In this document: piece after piece, positions 36,823-46,462 of the stretch | Numbering within the stretch: the first letter of the stretch is position 1 | Layout: each line of letters begins with the position of its first letter | Assembly (NCBI GenBank): GCA_964469465.1 | Contig: CAYYBB010000001.1 | Span: forward strand, 1-46,891 | DNA from: an uncultured Actinomycetota bacterium | Lineage (GTDB): Bacteria; Actinomycetota; Humimicrobiia; Hakubellales; Hakubellaceae | Reading direction: 5' to 3' | DNA length: 46,891 bases | Translations under genes and position numbers: made by a program | Notes under the pieces: model-generated | Told to the model about the DNA's origin: nothing | The model's input: only the letters and a program-made list of their open reading frames with translations | The model's database searches: none

Positions 36823-38070
36823 TCAAGAATGATCCTGAACCTTGTTCCGCATAAATCTATTGGGGTCCATAATTCTTCTACTTAACTCAACCTTGATAGG
36901 ATATTGACCGTATTCATGAGCTGCCTCAAACATGGCCACTATGTTTTCTGGCGGAACATCGGCCTGGATATTGTGAGAGGACGCCAGGATGTAGCCCCCA
37001 CCAGGACCAAGAGAGGCTATCCTCTCCTTTACCTCTTCCACAACATCAACCGTGGTGCCGTAGGGAAGCACGGTTTGCACATCGACGCCACCGTGGAAGG
37101 TAATCGAATGTCCATAGACTTTTTTGAGCTCCCAGGTATCCATGCCCTCAGCTCGCGGCTGGATCGGATTCAAGATATCCACACCAATCTCAATCAAATC
37201 ACCAATAAGAGGGAAAATGGCTCCACAGGAATGGTGGAAGACCTTGGCCCTGGTCTTACTCTTGATAAGCTCGATCACCTTTTGATGGCGGGACTTGATA
37301 TACTTGCGGTACAGCTCGGGAGGCAATAGCATCCTATCCTGCATCCCCAGATCGTCACCCTGAGCAATGATCTGGATGTAATCACCTACTGTATCAAGAT
37401 ACTCTCCAAACCAGGCTAGAAAGTATTCAGTAATGCCATCTAAGAGCATGGTAGCAAACTTGCTGTGCGTTCCTATGTCGATATAGAAATCCTCAAATCC
37501 TCTTGTCCAGAGAGCCATCTCCAGGATACCGCCTGAGGCTGGATCAGCCACCAGAGCATAATCTGTATTCAGATAGAGATCCCTGGCCTTCTCCCGAAGA
37601 CCCCTGGTCTTGCCAGAGTCGTGGGGATCTGGCCAGCGGTAGGCTTTGAGATCTTCCAGGCTGGCCCCCTGAAGAGGATGCTCCACCATGTCGTAATAAT
37701 AGGCGGCTCTGCGCCATTTGATACCCCACTCGTCTACGAAAGCATGCTGGGCGGCTCCGCTGGCATAGTCTTCGTAAGAGGCCTGAGGGTCGCCAAAAGA
37801 GGGCTCTTCATAGTTATCCGGTGGGCGAGCCTGAATATGGCGGAAGTCAGAGCCAAATCTCTTCAGAATCTCTTCATGAGGTTCGGCTAGTTGTTGAACA
37901 CGATCGCTAACGTTAATGGCTAGATCGGCTCGATCCAGATATCCTAAGAGCCTGCGATAGGCGAACCGGGAGATGCCGGAAAGGACGCCACCGAAATCTA
38001 TAGGTACATGATCTGGTTCCCGATGATCAATGGCTGCAAGAACCCTTTCACGTGGTGTCATTCCATCCAA
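36823..38070 (-). CDS. Uroporphyrinogen decarboxylase / MtaA-like methyltransferase family protein
   Basis: MTPRERVLAAI.HREPD.VP, DEWGI, GDDLG.Q, HSCG, LNPIQ, HGGVDVQ, HNIQADVPPENI. Confidence 0.85.
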   Translation of the reverse strand: MDGMTPRERVLAAIDHREPDHVPIDFGGVLSGISRFAYRRLLGYLDRADLAINVSDRVQQLAEPHEEILKRFGSDFRHIQARPPDNYEEPSFGDPQASYEDYASGAAQHAFVDEWGIKWRRAAYYYDMVEHPLQGASLEDLKAYRWPDPHDSGKTRGLREKARDLYLNTDYALVADPASGGILEMALWTRGFEDFYIDIGTHSKFATMLLDGITEYFLAWFGEYLDTVGDYIQIIAQGDDLGMQDRMLLPPELYRKYIKSRHQKVIELIKSKTRAKVFHHSCGAIFPLIGDLIEIGVDILNPIQPRAEGMDTWELKKVYGHSITFHGGVDVQTVLPYGTTVDVVEEVKERIASLGPGGGYILASSHNIQADVPPENIVAMFEAAHEYGQYPIKVELSRRIMDPNRFMRNKVQDHS

Positions 38071-38144
38071 CGCAAATCTACCTCGATCCTTACATAGTCT
38101 TTTGGAAGCCTTTCCGTCCTTTCATCCTCACCGTGTGCAACTGG

Positions 38145-39329
38145 TCAGGGCGAGAAATCATTTTGAGGAACGATAACTACCTTCATGCTGTCCAGCTCCA
38201 TAGATTTAAGGAGCCCAGTCAGAGCCTCATCTATTGGGTAGCGATGCGTAACCAGGTTCTCGAAAGGGTACCACTTAGAATAACGGTGCATCATCTTCAT
38301 GCTAGGAAGATAGCCTGTATAGCAGAGATTAGTCATCCCGATAAGTCGAACATTCTTAGCGCACAAATGGCGATGGGGGTTAATTTCTACTGTACCTGTG
38401 TCTACAAAATTCCCTGTTTCCAGATAGGTTCCTCCCTGACGTAGCATTTCCAGACCTTCAGGAAGAACCTTTGGGCTACCTACGCACTCTATCACCAGAT
38501 CCACTCCTCGACCGCTTGTCATCTCCTTTACTCGGGCAACTCTTTCTTCCTGGGTGGTTTTCTCCACGTTAAAAACGTAATCGGCTCCAAACTGTAGGGC
38601 CATATTAAGTCTGTATTCCGATCGATCTACGGCGATGATATTTCCTGCTCCCAGCATACAGGCTTTTATGAGATGGCACATTCCTAAGGGTCCCACTCCC
38701 TGGATAACCACAGTGTCACCGAAGTTGAATCCTTCTTTGGGAATAGCTGAAATCTCTTTTAATTTATCCAGGGAATAGGCAACCGCCATAGGTTCAGATA
38801 ATACTGCTATTTCATCGCTAACCTCAGATGGGACTTTATATACATGGCTTCCTGGATTTATATACATATATTCTGCCCAACCTCCAAAAAGATGAGGGGG
38901 AGCATCGCATTTCATGTGCCCGTAGCTTTCAATATTCTCACACCAAGTGTAATGAAAGCCATGACGACACTGATAGCAGTGACCGCAAACAATATCCGGA
39001 CTGATAACTACACGGTCTCCTTCAGAGAGGGTTTCTCCATAAAACTCCATCTCTCTCCTGGCTTTGGGAGTAATCTCGACCACTACGGCTACGTTTTCGT
39101 GTCCAGGTATCGCCGGATAAGGACCAGAAATCTCCCGTTCTGTTCCTGCGTATTGTACCGATTCTCCTCTGTAAGCATGCTTATCTGTTCCACAGATACC
39201 GGACATTATGGGGCGGACAATCATAGCTCCATCTTCTAAATGCTCTGGATAGGGAAATTCTCCTATTTCTATCTTGCCTTGCTCTGGCATGATTACAGCC
39301 CTTACTTTTTTACTCATCTTCTCTATCAC
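38145..39329 (-). CDS. Zinc-dependent (MDR) alcohol/polyol dehydrogenase
   Basis: GICGTD, GHE, CGHCYQC...C structural Zn site, GVGPLG. Confidence 0.9.
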   Translation of the reverse strand: MIEKMSKKVRAVIMPEQGKIEIGEFPYPEHLEDGAMIVRPIMSGICGTDKHAYRGESVQYAGTEREISGPYPAIPGHENVAVVVEITPKARREMEFYGETLSEGDRVVISPDIVCGHCYQCRHGFHYTWCENIESYGHMKCDAPPHLFGGWAEYMYINPGSHVYKVPSEVSDEIAVLSEPMAVAYSLDKLKEISAIPKEGFNFGDTVVIQGVGPLGMCHLIKACMLGAGNIIAVDRSEYRLNMALQFGADYVFNVEKTTQEERVARVKEMTSGRGVDLVIECVGSPKVLPEGLEMLRQGGTYLETGNFVDTGTVEINPHRHLCAKNVRLIGMTNLCYTGYLPSMKMMHRYSKWYPFENLVTHRYPIDEALTGLLKSMELDSMKVVIVPQNDFSP

Positions 39330-40099
39330 TCGGCATTTTCTGATTTCACCATTACTCGGCCCTTGGCTATTATTTCTTCGACATCATCAACCGACACTTC
39401 TTCTTTGTTGAACTCTCCTATTTTGACCCCTTTGTCCAAGAACACAAATCTATCGGAAACCGGATACACATGGTGTATGGTATGGGATATGAATATAACT
39501 GAAGCTCCTAATTCTTTTACTTTTTCTACGTGTCCAAGCACGGTTCTTTGTTCCCTGACTGACAGGGCAGTCAAGGGCTCATCTAAAATCAGGAGCTTTG
39601 CTCCGAAATACATGCACCTTCCTATCGATATTGCCTGTCTTTCTCCTCCGGATAAAACGGATACGTGTTCATTCGTGGACCTTACTCTTATTCCGATTTG
39701 ATCCAACTCCTTCTTACACTCGTTATTCATCTTCTTCATATCCAGTAATCCAAATAAGCCTATCTTCCTGACTGGTTCTCTTCCTAAAAAGAAGTTCCTT
39801 GAGATATTCATCAAATTTATTAACGACAAGTCCTGGTAAACTGTCTCAATTCCCATTTTTCTGGCCTGTCGGGGTGACGAAAAATTTACCCTCTCTCCCT
39901 CAAAGTAAATTTCGCCTTCATCAGGAGGAAATATGCCGGTCAGGATTTTTACCAGGGTAGATTTGCCCGCTCCATTATCTCCCAGCAACCCTACGATTTC
40001 TCTGCGATGAACAGTAAAGTCGACATCTTTTAATGCCTGAACCTCTCCAAACTTCTTTCTTATCTTTATCATCTCTACTAAGTACTGATCCTGCTGCAT
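39326..40099 (-). CDS. Sugar ABC transporter ATP-binding protein (single domain)
   Basis: GDNGAGKST, GIETVYQDL, LSGGERQ, ILDEP. Confidence 0.93.
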   Translation of the reverse strand: MQQDQYLVEMIKIRKKFGEVQALKDVDFTVHRREIVGLLGDNGAGKSTLVKILTGIFPPDEGEIYFEGERVNFSSPRQARKMGIETVYQDLSLINLMNISRNFFLGREPVRKIGLFGLLDMKKMNNECKKELDQIGIRVRSTNEHVSVLSGGERQAISIGRCMYFGAKLLILDEPLTALSVREQRTVLGHVEKVKELGASVIFISHTIHHVYPVSDRFVFLDKGVKIGEFNKEEVSVDDVEEIIAKGRVMVKSENAE

Positions 40100-40133
40100 G
40101 AGTTTAAATTTCCCCCTTCCTCAGAGAAAAAGA

Positions 40134-41111
40134 TCATTCTCTTATTCCCATCATTTTGAGATGGATTGTTGCAGCTACTATTAAAACTACTCCAATGAAT
40201 GTCTGATACCAATAACCAGGAGCCCCACTCAATAAAAGTCCAGTTCGTATCATACCTACCAGGAACGCCCCTAAGAATGCGCCCAAGATCGTTCCATATC
40301 CTCCCGTCAGCAACGTTCCTCCTATAACAACTGCTGTAATGACTTCAAGCTCTAACCCACTTCCAAACGTTGGGTTTGCTAGCAAGAATCTACTGATCAC
40401 GATACAACCTGCAAGTCCTGCCAAAAGTGCTGATATAGTAAAATTTATCAACTTTACCTTATTTATGTCCACGCCCATCGACCTGGCGTCTTCTCGTCCT
40501 CCTCCCACAGCAAATACCCAATTTCCGTATCTCGTGCGGTTAAGTACGAGCGTAAAGAGCAATGCCAATGCTATAAACCAAAAGTGCGAAGGACGAAAGC
40601 CATATGCTATTCCCTTGGCCAGAATAGTTGGAACAATAGCGTCACCTGCGTAGGTTATAGTGACCCCCTTGGTTATTGCCAATAGGAGCCCTCTCAAGAT
40701 CATCATCATGCCTAGGGTAGTTATAAATGAGGGAATGCGTGTCCGTAAGGTTATCATTCCATTGAGGAAGCCCAGGAGACTAGCGAATGCAAGAGTAATT
40801 ACTAAGGCTAAAGGAGAATACAAGGCCGTGTTCGCCAGTAATCCAAAGATGAAGGCTGATGCGGCATAGACGGCACCCACTGACAAGTCGAATTCTCTAG
40901 AGATCATCAAGAAAGCCACACCAATGGCCATGATTCCAAGTTCTGAAACTATTGTGAATACTCCTACAAGGTTAGATAGAGTGAAAAACTGCCTTCCCAT
41001 GATAGAGAAGACTGCAAAAACTACTAGCCAGGCTATCAGTACTCCGAATGCAGGATACGTCCGTATCCTCAGGAAGAAAGGGTACTTTGTTAAATACTTT
41101 TCCGCTTCCAA
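40134..41111 (-). CDS. Sugar ABC transporter permease (RbsC-like)
   Basis: EFDLSVG, IPSFITTLG, FAVGG..EDARSMGV, VVIGGT.LTGG.GT. Start codon is TTG. Confidence 0.93.
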   Translation of the reverse strand: MEAEKYLTKYPFFLRIRTYPAFGVLIAWLVVFAVFSIMGRQFFTLSNLVGVFTIVSELGIMAIGVAFLMISREFDLSVGAVYAASAFIFGLLANTALYSPLALVITLAFASLLGFLNGMITLRTRIPSFITTLGMMMILRGLLLAITKGVTITYAGDAIVPTILAKGIAYGFRPSHFWFIALALLFTLVLNRTRYGNWVFAVGGGREDARSMGVDINKVKLINFTISALLAGLAGCIVISRFLLANPTFGSGLELEVITAVVIGGTLLTGGYGTILGAFLGAFLVGMIRTGLLLSGAPGYWYQTFIGVVLIVAATIHLKMMGIRE

Positions 41112-41140
41112 TTCTTGTTCTCCTCTTGTACCAAGGACGT

Positions 41141-41181
41141 AAAACCCCCCTCAGCTAGCTTAAATGAAACTGAGGGGGGTT
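41141..41181 (-). terminator. Hairpin after the binding-protein gene (partial terminator / stabiliser)
   Basis: 12-bp perfect stem AACCCCCCTCAG / CTGAGGGGGGTT, ending in TTTT on the minus strand. Confidence 0.65.
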
Positions 41182-41191
41182 CATCTGGTCC

Positions 41192-42268
41192 TTACTTATA
41201 TCCTTTCTCGACCAAATTCTTTATCATAGGAACCAGGTCCTTCGTTGCAGCTGCTTCCCCTGTAGATATCGGTGCCGGTGGAGGCACAAACGCGTACTTG
41301 AGATGGAGGTACATATGCACCACTGACAGATAACCCTGCAAATACTGTTGTTGATCCGTCGCGAACAGCATCGTACCATCCTCGATGTAGTCAAGGACCT
41401 TAGGCGATAGATCTATGGTGGCAACAAAGAGATCCTTCCCCGGAGTATATCCCTCCTCTATAGCACGAGGTATGAATGCCTCAGTATGAGGAGTACCCGC
41501 AGGCTGGACCATATTAGTACCAGGATTTGCCTTTAGATAGGCCACCAGGACCTCAGTTCCCTTAACCGGATCTTCGGTAACGTCTATCTGCTCTGCCGGT
41601 ATACCTTCTGCTTTAACAGTGTCTACGAAACCTGCGGCCCTCTGCTCAATGTGAAAAGCTCCTGGATGATGGTTGCCATACACTGCGCCTTTAGGTTCGA
41701 TTCCATTCTCCCGCATCATTGCGAGCATTTTCTTAGCTACTAGCGCCCCCATCATATAGTGATCTTCACCAATGTAGGTCAGATAGGGTATCCTCTCAGC
41801 CTCAGGTCTGGGATCCATGGCGTTGATCGCTATTACAGGTAACCCACCTTCAATAGCCCTACGTAGTGGTTCGTCCAGGGCCGTATGCGAGGTTATGGTA
41901 ACGATCAAGCCATTAGGCTTAGCTGCTATTGCCGCTTCGACCAAGGAGATGAATTTTTCAAGATCGTATTCCTCCGGCCCTGAATAGATCACTTTCAGAT
42001 CGGGGTACAAAGCATCTGCATCCATTGCCCCTTTCTCGACCACCTTCCAGAATGGATGTGCTATGCCGCCATGGACGATCATGTAGACGGTAAGCTCCTC
42101 CTCTGGGACTTCCTCCTCAACCACCGCCGGTGTAGGTTCCTCTTCCACCGGTGGAGGCGCGACCTCTTCCGCCGGTGGCGGGGCGGCGGGCGCACATGCT
42201 CCAAGAGCCATGGCCGCCAGGATAGCCACAATCACTGGTATTGCCACTTTCCAATGTCTTCCCATCAT
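41192..42268 (-). CDS. Sugar/cyclitol ABC substrate-binding lipoprotein
   Basis: LGAC lipobox, Pro/Glu linker, HGG..HPFW.VV.KG, DQQQYLQGY. Confidence 0.9.
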   Translation of the reverse strand: MMGRHWKVAIPVIVAILAAMALGACAPAAPPPAEEVAPPPVEEEPTPAVVEEEVPEEELTVYMIVHGGIAHPFWKVVEKGAMDADALYPDLKVIYSGPEEYDLEKFISLVEAAIAAKPNGLIVTITSHTALDEPLRRAIEGGLPVIAINAMDPRPEAERIPYLTYIGEDHYMMGALVAKKMLAMMRENGIEPKGAVYGNHHPGAFHIEQRAAGFVDTVKAEGIPAEQIDVTEDPVKGTEVLVAYLKANPGTNMVQPAGTPHTEAFIPRAIEEGYTPGKDLFVATIDLSPKVLDYIEDGTMLFATDQQQYLQGYLSVVHMYLHLKYAFVPPPAPISTGEAAATKDLVPMIKNLVEKGYK

Positions 42269-42380
42269 TTCCTCCTTCCCACTATGCTTGTACGTGCGTT
42301 CTTACTAGTATAGCAGCACTTACATCTGTACCTCCATAACTCACCCCCTTCCACGTCACTCTCTTAAGTCAATCCGGGTG

Positions 42381-42428
42381 GGGGAACGTTCCACAAACCG
42401 CCCTAAAATATAGTGGAACGATCCACTA
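42381..42428. promoter_or_regulatory. Two LacI-type operators
   Basis: GGGGAACGTTCCAC (42381-42394) and TAGTGGAACGATCCACTA (42411-42428), centres 32 bp apart; both match the site at 46146. Confidence 0.8.
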
Positions 42429-42433
42429 CAGTT

Positions 42434-42462
42434 TTTATACCATACTCCTGCAGCGAAATCAA
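42434..42462 (-). promoter_or_regulatory. Sigma70 promoter of the ABC module
   Basis: TTGATT-17 nt-TATAAA with TG extension, directly upstream of the operators. Confidence 0.65.
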
Positions 42463-42503
42463 TAGAATTTTCCGCAATTTCTTCATTTGATCTGATTTGA
42501 GGC

Positions 42504-43697
42504 TCAATTTCCCCTCCAGGGCAAAACTGTTATCTTGCCCTCCTCCTTGTCGGTCTGAAGTAGTTTGAGGTTTTCCGGAACTTCCTCCAGAGATATCTTC
42601 TTAGTGATCATGGTCGTCATATCCATACCGGTGGCCATAGCACTTATTGCTCGAGGGAAATTTCCGTGGCCTGAATGTCCCTGAGAGCCTACCAGGGAGG
42701 CTCTTCTTACCTGATACACCTCTCCAAAGACGGGTATCTTCGCATCTGACCTGGCCACAACGACAACTACACTGTTTAACTGTCTCCCCTCCCAGATGGC
42801 CTTTTCTATATCAGGATAGACCAGATGGGGAAGTCCAGAGGCTTCCAGGTAGAGCTTTGCGCCCATCCCCTTAGTAATCTCCAAAATTCGCTCCCAAACC
42901 GTCTCTTTCAGAGGATTGATTATGTGGGTAGCCCCCAGAGACATACCCAGCCTGGCCCGGCTGGCCGAGGGTTCGGAGAGGATTACATAGGCTGCTCCGG
43001 CTCTCTTAAGGATGGCCACTGCAGCCAGGCCGATGGGACCGCCTCCGATAATGACTACATTGTCTCCTGGCCTGATTCCGCCACCCCGTTCGATAACCGC
43101 GTTATAGGCCACACAGGTAGGCTCAACCAGGCTGCCGGCCAGAAAGACATCGTCCTCAGAGTAGACGCCGCGCAGGGGCTCCAAACTCCAGCAATATTTG
43201 GCATCAATTTTGAGATACTGAGCAAACCCGCCGTCGCAAGTGAATCCAATCTCCTCCAGACGTTCACAGTGATTGGGATAGCCATCCGCACAGGGCTGGC
43301 AGGACCCGCACCAGAGCATCTCTTCCGCACAAACGGGCTCTCCCACCTCGAAGGGACGATTAGTTCGCTTATTAAAAGCTAGCTCGCCAGCCTCCACTAC
43401 CACGCCGGCAAACTCATGCCCCAAGGTGACAGGTAGAGCTGTCAGGCCAGGGTAAAGCATGTATCCTTCCCCGTCCGTCTGGGCCATGTGGACATCGCTT
43501 CCGCAGATGCCACAGGCTTTTACTTCGATGAGAACTTCTGTCGGACCTATCTTCGGTACTTCCTTCTCCACAACTTCTACCTTTGGACTGTGCCATATCT
43601 GACTGCCCAGGTAGGTACGCTTTCCCTCCACGTCCCTTCGCCCCAGAACATACCCTTCTCTGGCTTTCCAGTCAGCCATCAGGGTTACTGCTTTCAC
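42504..43697 (-). CDS. iolM: IolM-like scyllo-inosose 3-dehydrogenase (Zn-MDR)
   Basis: ADW...Y.LG...EGK.TYLGS..W N-terminus, CGICGSDVH, YPGLT..PVTLGHE, AEEMLWCG.C..C, GSQGHSGHG. Confidence 0.8.
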   Translation of the reverse strand: MKAVTLMADWKAREGYVLGRRDVEGKRTYLGSQIWHSPKVEVVEKEVPKIGPTEVLIEVKACGICGSDVHMAQTDGEGYMLYPGLTALPVTLGHEFAGVVVEAGELAFNKRTNRPFEVGEPVCAEEMLWCGSCQPCADGYPNHCERLEEIGFTCDGGFAQYLKIDAKYCWSLEPLRGVYSEDDVFLAGSLVEPTCVAYNAVIERGGGIRPGDNVVIIGGGPIGLAAVAILKRAGAAYVILSEPSASRARLGMSLGATHIINPLKETVWERILEITKGMGAKLYLEASGLPHLVYPDIEKAIWEGRQLNSVVVVVARSDAKIPVFGEVYQVRRASLVGSQGHSGHGNFPRAISAMATGMDMTTMITKKISLEEVPENLKLLQTDKEEGKITVLPWRGN

Positions 43698-43815
43698 TGA
43701 TTCCTCCTTCTCCTATTATCTGTAGAGTTATCTTACAAATAAATTGGAAACCAAGATCTTCAAAAGGATGAGGTGGCTGTAAATTGGCTCGCCTCAAGCT
43801 TTCATTCCTTTAAAC

Positions 43816-44856
43816 TCAGCTTTGTGGCCTTACTACAATCTCGATAGCCCTTCCTTCCCGCATCAGCTTGATCCCCTCCGCTATCTGCGCCAGAGCGAGT
43901 CTGTGGGTGATAAGGGGCCGAAGATTTAGCAGACCGCTTTCCAGAACTCTGATGGCTGCCGGAAAGGTATCATTGGCAATGTAGCTTCCCATGACGCGGA
44001 TCTCATTTCGAGTAATATCGTTCTGGGCGATTTCAGCCCGGGCCTGAGCGTTCATACCGAAGAGAAGCACCCGGCCTGCCCTTCGAACCGAGGAAAGGGT
44101 TTCTTTGATCAGAGAGCCTACTGCATCAATCACTACATCCACCCCAACGCCTGTCTCCTCCTGAACTATCTCAGAAAGAGATTCCGACCTGGGATTTATA
44201 ACTCGGTCTGCCCCGCTTTGACGGGCAAAGTCGGCCCGGTAGTCATTGATCTCGGATACCAGAAGACGTCCTGCCCCGGAAGCTTTCAAGAGTTGGGTGA
44301 AGTAAAGGCCGATGGGGCCAGCTCCCAGAATCAGGACGTTTTCTCCTGGCTCAAGACTAATCTTGCGCACCCCATTAAGGACACAGGAAAGAGGCTCAGC
44401 AAAGACGGCTAGCTCCGGCTCAAGGGGAGGAGACACTTTGAAGAGAGCTCTGGCCGGGGCTACATTGTACTCGGCAAACCCTCCGTCAATAAAAATACCC
44501 AAGGTGGTCATTCTCTCACACATATTGGGCAGGCCCAGGCGACAGTAGTGGCAGAGGCCGCAGGTCAGATTGGGGTCGACCACTACCCGGTCTCCCTCGG
44601 CCAGGTGAGTCACTCCCTTCCCTACCTGGACCACCCGGCCCACATATTCATGGCCCAGGATAGTGCCAGGAGTGGCAGGATGGCCGGGAGGTACTTCCAG
44701 AATGTGCACATCAGTGCCACAGATGCTGGCCGCCTCCACTGCTAGGAGAACTTCGTCCTCTCCCGTGATGGAAGGAATGGGTCTTTCCTGGAGCTCCAGA
44801 CGTCCGTCTCCCTCAAAGACAGCTGCTAACATGGTTTTTTTCACTTTGTTCCCCAC
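43816..44856 (-). CDS. Zinc-dependent (MDR) polyol dehydrogenase
   Basis: SICGTD, LGHE, CGLCHYC...C, GAGPIG. Confidence 0.9.
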   Translation of the reverse strand: MGNKVKKTMLAAVFEGDGRLELQERPIPSITGEDEVLLAVEAASICGTDVHILEVPPGHPATPGTILGHEYVGRVVQVGKGVTHLAEGDRVVVDPNLTCGLCHYCRLGLPNMCERMTTLGIFIDGGFAEYNVAPARALFKVSPPLEPELAVFAEPLSCVLNGVRKISLEPGENVLILGAGPIGLYFTQLLKASGAGRLLVSEINDYRADFARQSGADRVINPRSESLSEIVQEETGVGVDVVIDAVGSLIKETLSSVRRAGRVLLFGMNAQARAEIAQNDITRNEIRVMGSYIANDTFPAAIRVLESGLLNLRPLITHRLALAQIAEGIKLMREGRAIEIVVRPQS

Positions 44857-45070
44857 TTTCTGCCTAAACCACTGTTACATTTCGACCTTTTTGCGCCAGC
44901 ACCAGCCAAACTGCCCTGGTGAAACTTTTGTTACAATTTCTTGTACCCGGAGCCGGCTGCCCTCTTCCATTAAAAGCTACACCATAGGCCAGGTCCACCA
45001 TCACTCAGACAAGTTTTTTGAAAAGTTTTCCTTGTACATGAAGCCTGCCCGGACTACAAAACTTCTATCT

Positions 45071-46078
45071 TCATCCGGCTACACTCCTGGTTGAGCCGCG
45101 GATCACCAGCTCCGGCTCTAGAATGAGCTGTACCGGCTCAGGTCCTCTTTTTCCCTCTATACGTTCTATCAGAACTTCAGTAGCCATGAGACCCATCTTA
45201 TAGCGGGGTTGATTTATGGTGGTCAGGTTTATCCTGGTCAATCCGGCCAGATGGATATTATCAAAGCCGACTAAGGAGATGTCTTCTGGCACCTCAAGGC
45301 CCGCCTCGTTAATGGCTTCCAGAGCACCGATAGCAGTAAAGTCGTTGGCCGTGAAGATGGCGGTGGGCGGAGATGGTAAGAAAAGAAGCTCCCTGGTGGC
45401 CAGATATCCTCCCTGCTCTCGAAAATCTCCCTCTTTGACCAGCTCAGCACTAGCTTTAAGACCGTGGTCAGCCATCGCCCTTCGGTAGCCCCACAGTCGG
45501 TCCAGGGCACCAGAGGCATCTCCAGGCCCACTGATATGAGCAATTCTTTGGTGGCCTAGAGAGATAAGGTGCTCTACAGCCAAATAAGCTCCAGCTCGGT
45601 TGTCCACAATCACATAGTCGGTCTGCACATCAGGCAGGGTACGGGAGACCAAAATAAAGGGGAAATTGTGCCTTCTGAGATCACCAATCTTGGAGTCGGT
45701 GATTCTGGCCGAGGTGAAGATGATGCCATCCACCCTCTTTTCCAGGAGCAACTCCAGATAAGCCTCTTCCCTCTCTACTTTGGCATCGCTATTACAAATG
45801 AAGGTGTTGTATCCCAGCTCCGAGGCCTTATCTTCGATGCCCCGGACTATCTCGGGAAAGAAGGGGTTAGTGATGTCCGAGATTATTAGACCTATGGTCT
45901 TGGTCACATTCTTAACTAAGCTACGGGCAATGGCGTTGGGACGGTAGCCTAACTCCTCAATGGCCTTCATGACCTTCTCCCGGGTCTCATTGCTTACGTA
46001 CGGTTTGTCGGTCAGGATCTTGGACACTGTGGATTTTGATACACCGGCTCGTTTGGCGACATCGATAATGGTGGGCAC
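45071..46078 (-). CDS. LacI-family transcriptional repressor
   Basis: TIIDVAKRAGVSKSTVS HTH, YRPNAIARSL hinge, periplasmic-binding-fold effector domain, VGFDN. Confidence 0.96.
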   Translation of the reverse strand: MPTIIDVAKRAGVSKSTVSKILTDKPYVSNETREKVMKAIEELGYRPNAIARSLVKNVTKTIGLIISDITNPFFPEIVRGIEDKASELGYNTFICNSDAKVEREEAYLELLLEKRVDGIIFTSARITDSKIGDLRRHNFPFILVSRTLPDVQTDYVIVDNRAGAYLAVEHLISLGHQRIAHISGPGDASGALDRLWGYRRAMADHGLKASAELVKEGDFREQGGYLATRELLFLPSPPTAIFTANDFTAIGALEAINEAGLEVPEDISLVGFDNIHLAGLTRINLTTINQPRYKMGLMATEVLIERIEGKRGPEPVQLILEPELVIRGSTRSVAG

Positions 46079-46145
46079 AATATCTCCGAAACAGATTTTC
46101 TAAATAAAAATTGACATAAGGGAAAAGAGGTCACGAAACGTCAGG

Positions 46146-46163
46146 TGGTGGAACGTTCCACCA
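46146..46163. promoter_or_regulatory. LacI operator (perfect 18-bp palindrome)
   Basis: TGGTGGAACGTTCCACCA with central CG, just downstream of the promoter. Confidence 0.85.
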
Positions 46164-46171
46164 ACACGGAC

Positions 46172-46201
46172 ATTCTAACATTCTCCGTCAAAGGATGTCA
46201 A
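46172..46201 (-). promoter_or_regulatory. Sigma70 promoter of the lacI-iol operon
   Basis: TTGACA-18 nt-TAGAAT with TG extension. Confidence 0.7.
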
Positions 46202-46243
46202 GATAAATTCTTGAGAGATTAAATAAGAGTGCTCGCAGTATTC

Positions 46244-46450
46244 TTAACTAGCTTTCTTGACAACCTTCACAATTTTGAAGGTTCCTCTTCCGGTTGGAAC
46301 AAACTCATAGTTAAACTCTCTCAAAAACTCCGCGGCTTCTTGGCGTACTCTCGCAACCAGCTCTTCTTTGGTTAAACTTTTGGTCTCTTCGTAGTGTTTT
46401 TCTCTGATCTCATGAAGTTCTTTCATGAACACGGGTTCTTTATAGCTCAT
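46244..46450 (-). CDS. Small hypothetical protein, probable partner/antitoxin of the PIN protein
   Basis: GGAGG RBS; ELHEIREKHYEETK.LT.EE pattern; directly follows the PIN gene. Confidence 0.65.
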   Translation of the reverse strand: MSYKEPVFMKELHEIREKHYEETKSLTKEELVARVRQEAAEFLREFNYEFVPTGRGTFKIVKVVKKAS

Positions 46451-46462
46451 ATTGTACCTCCC

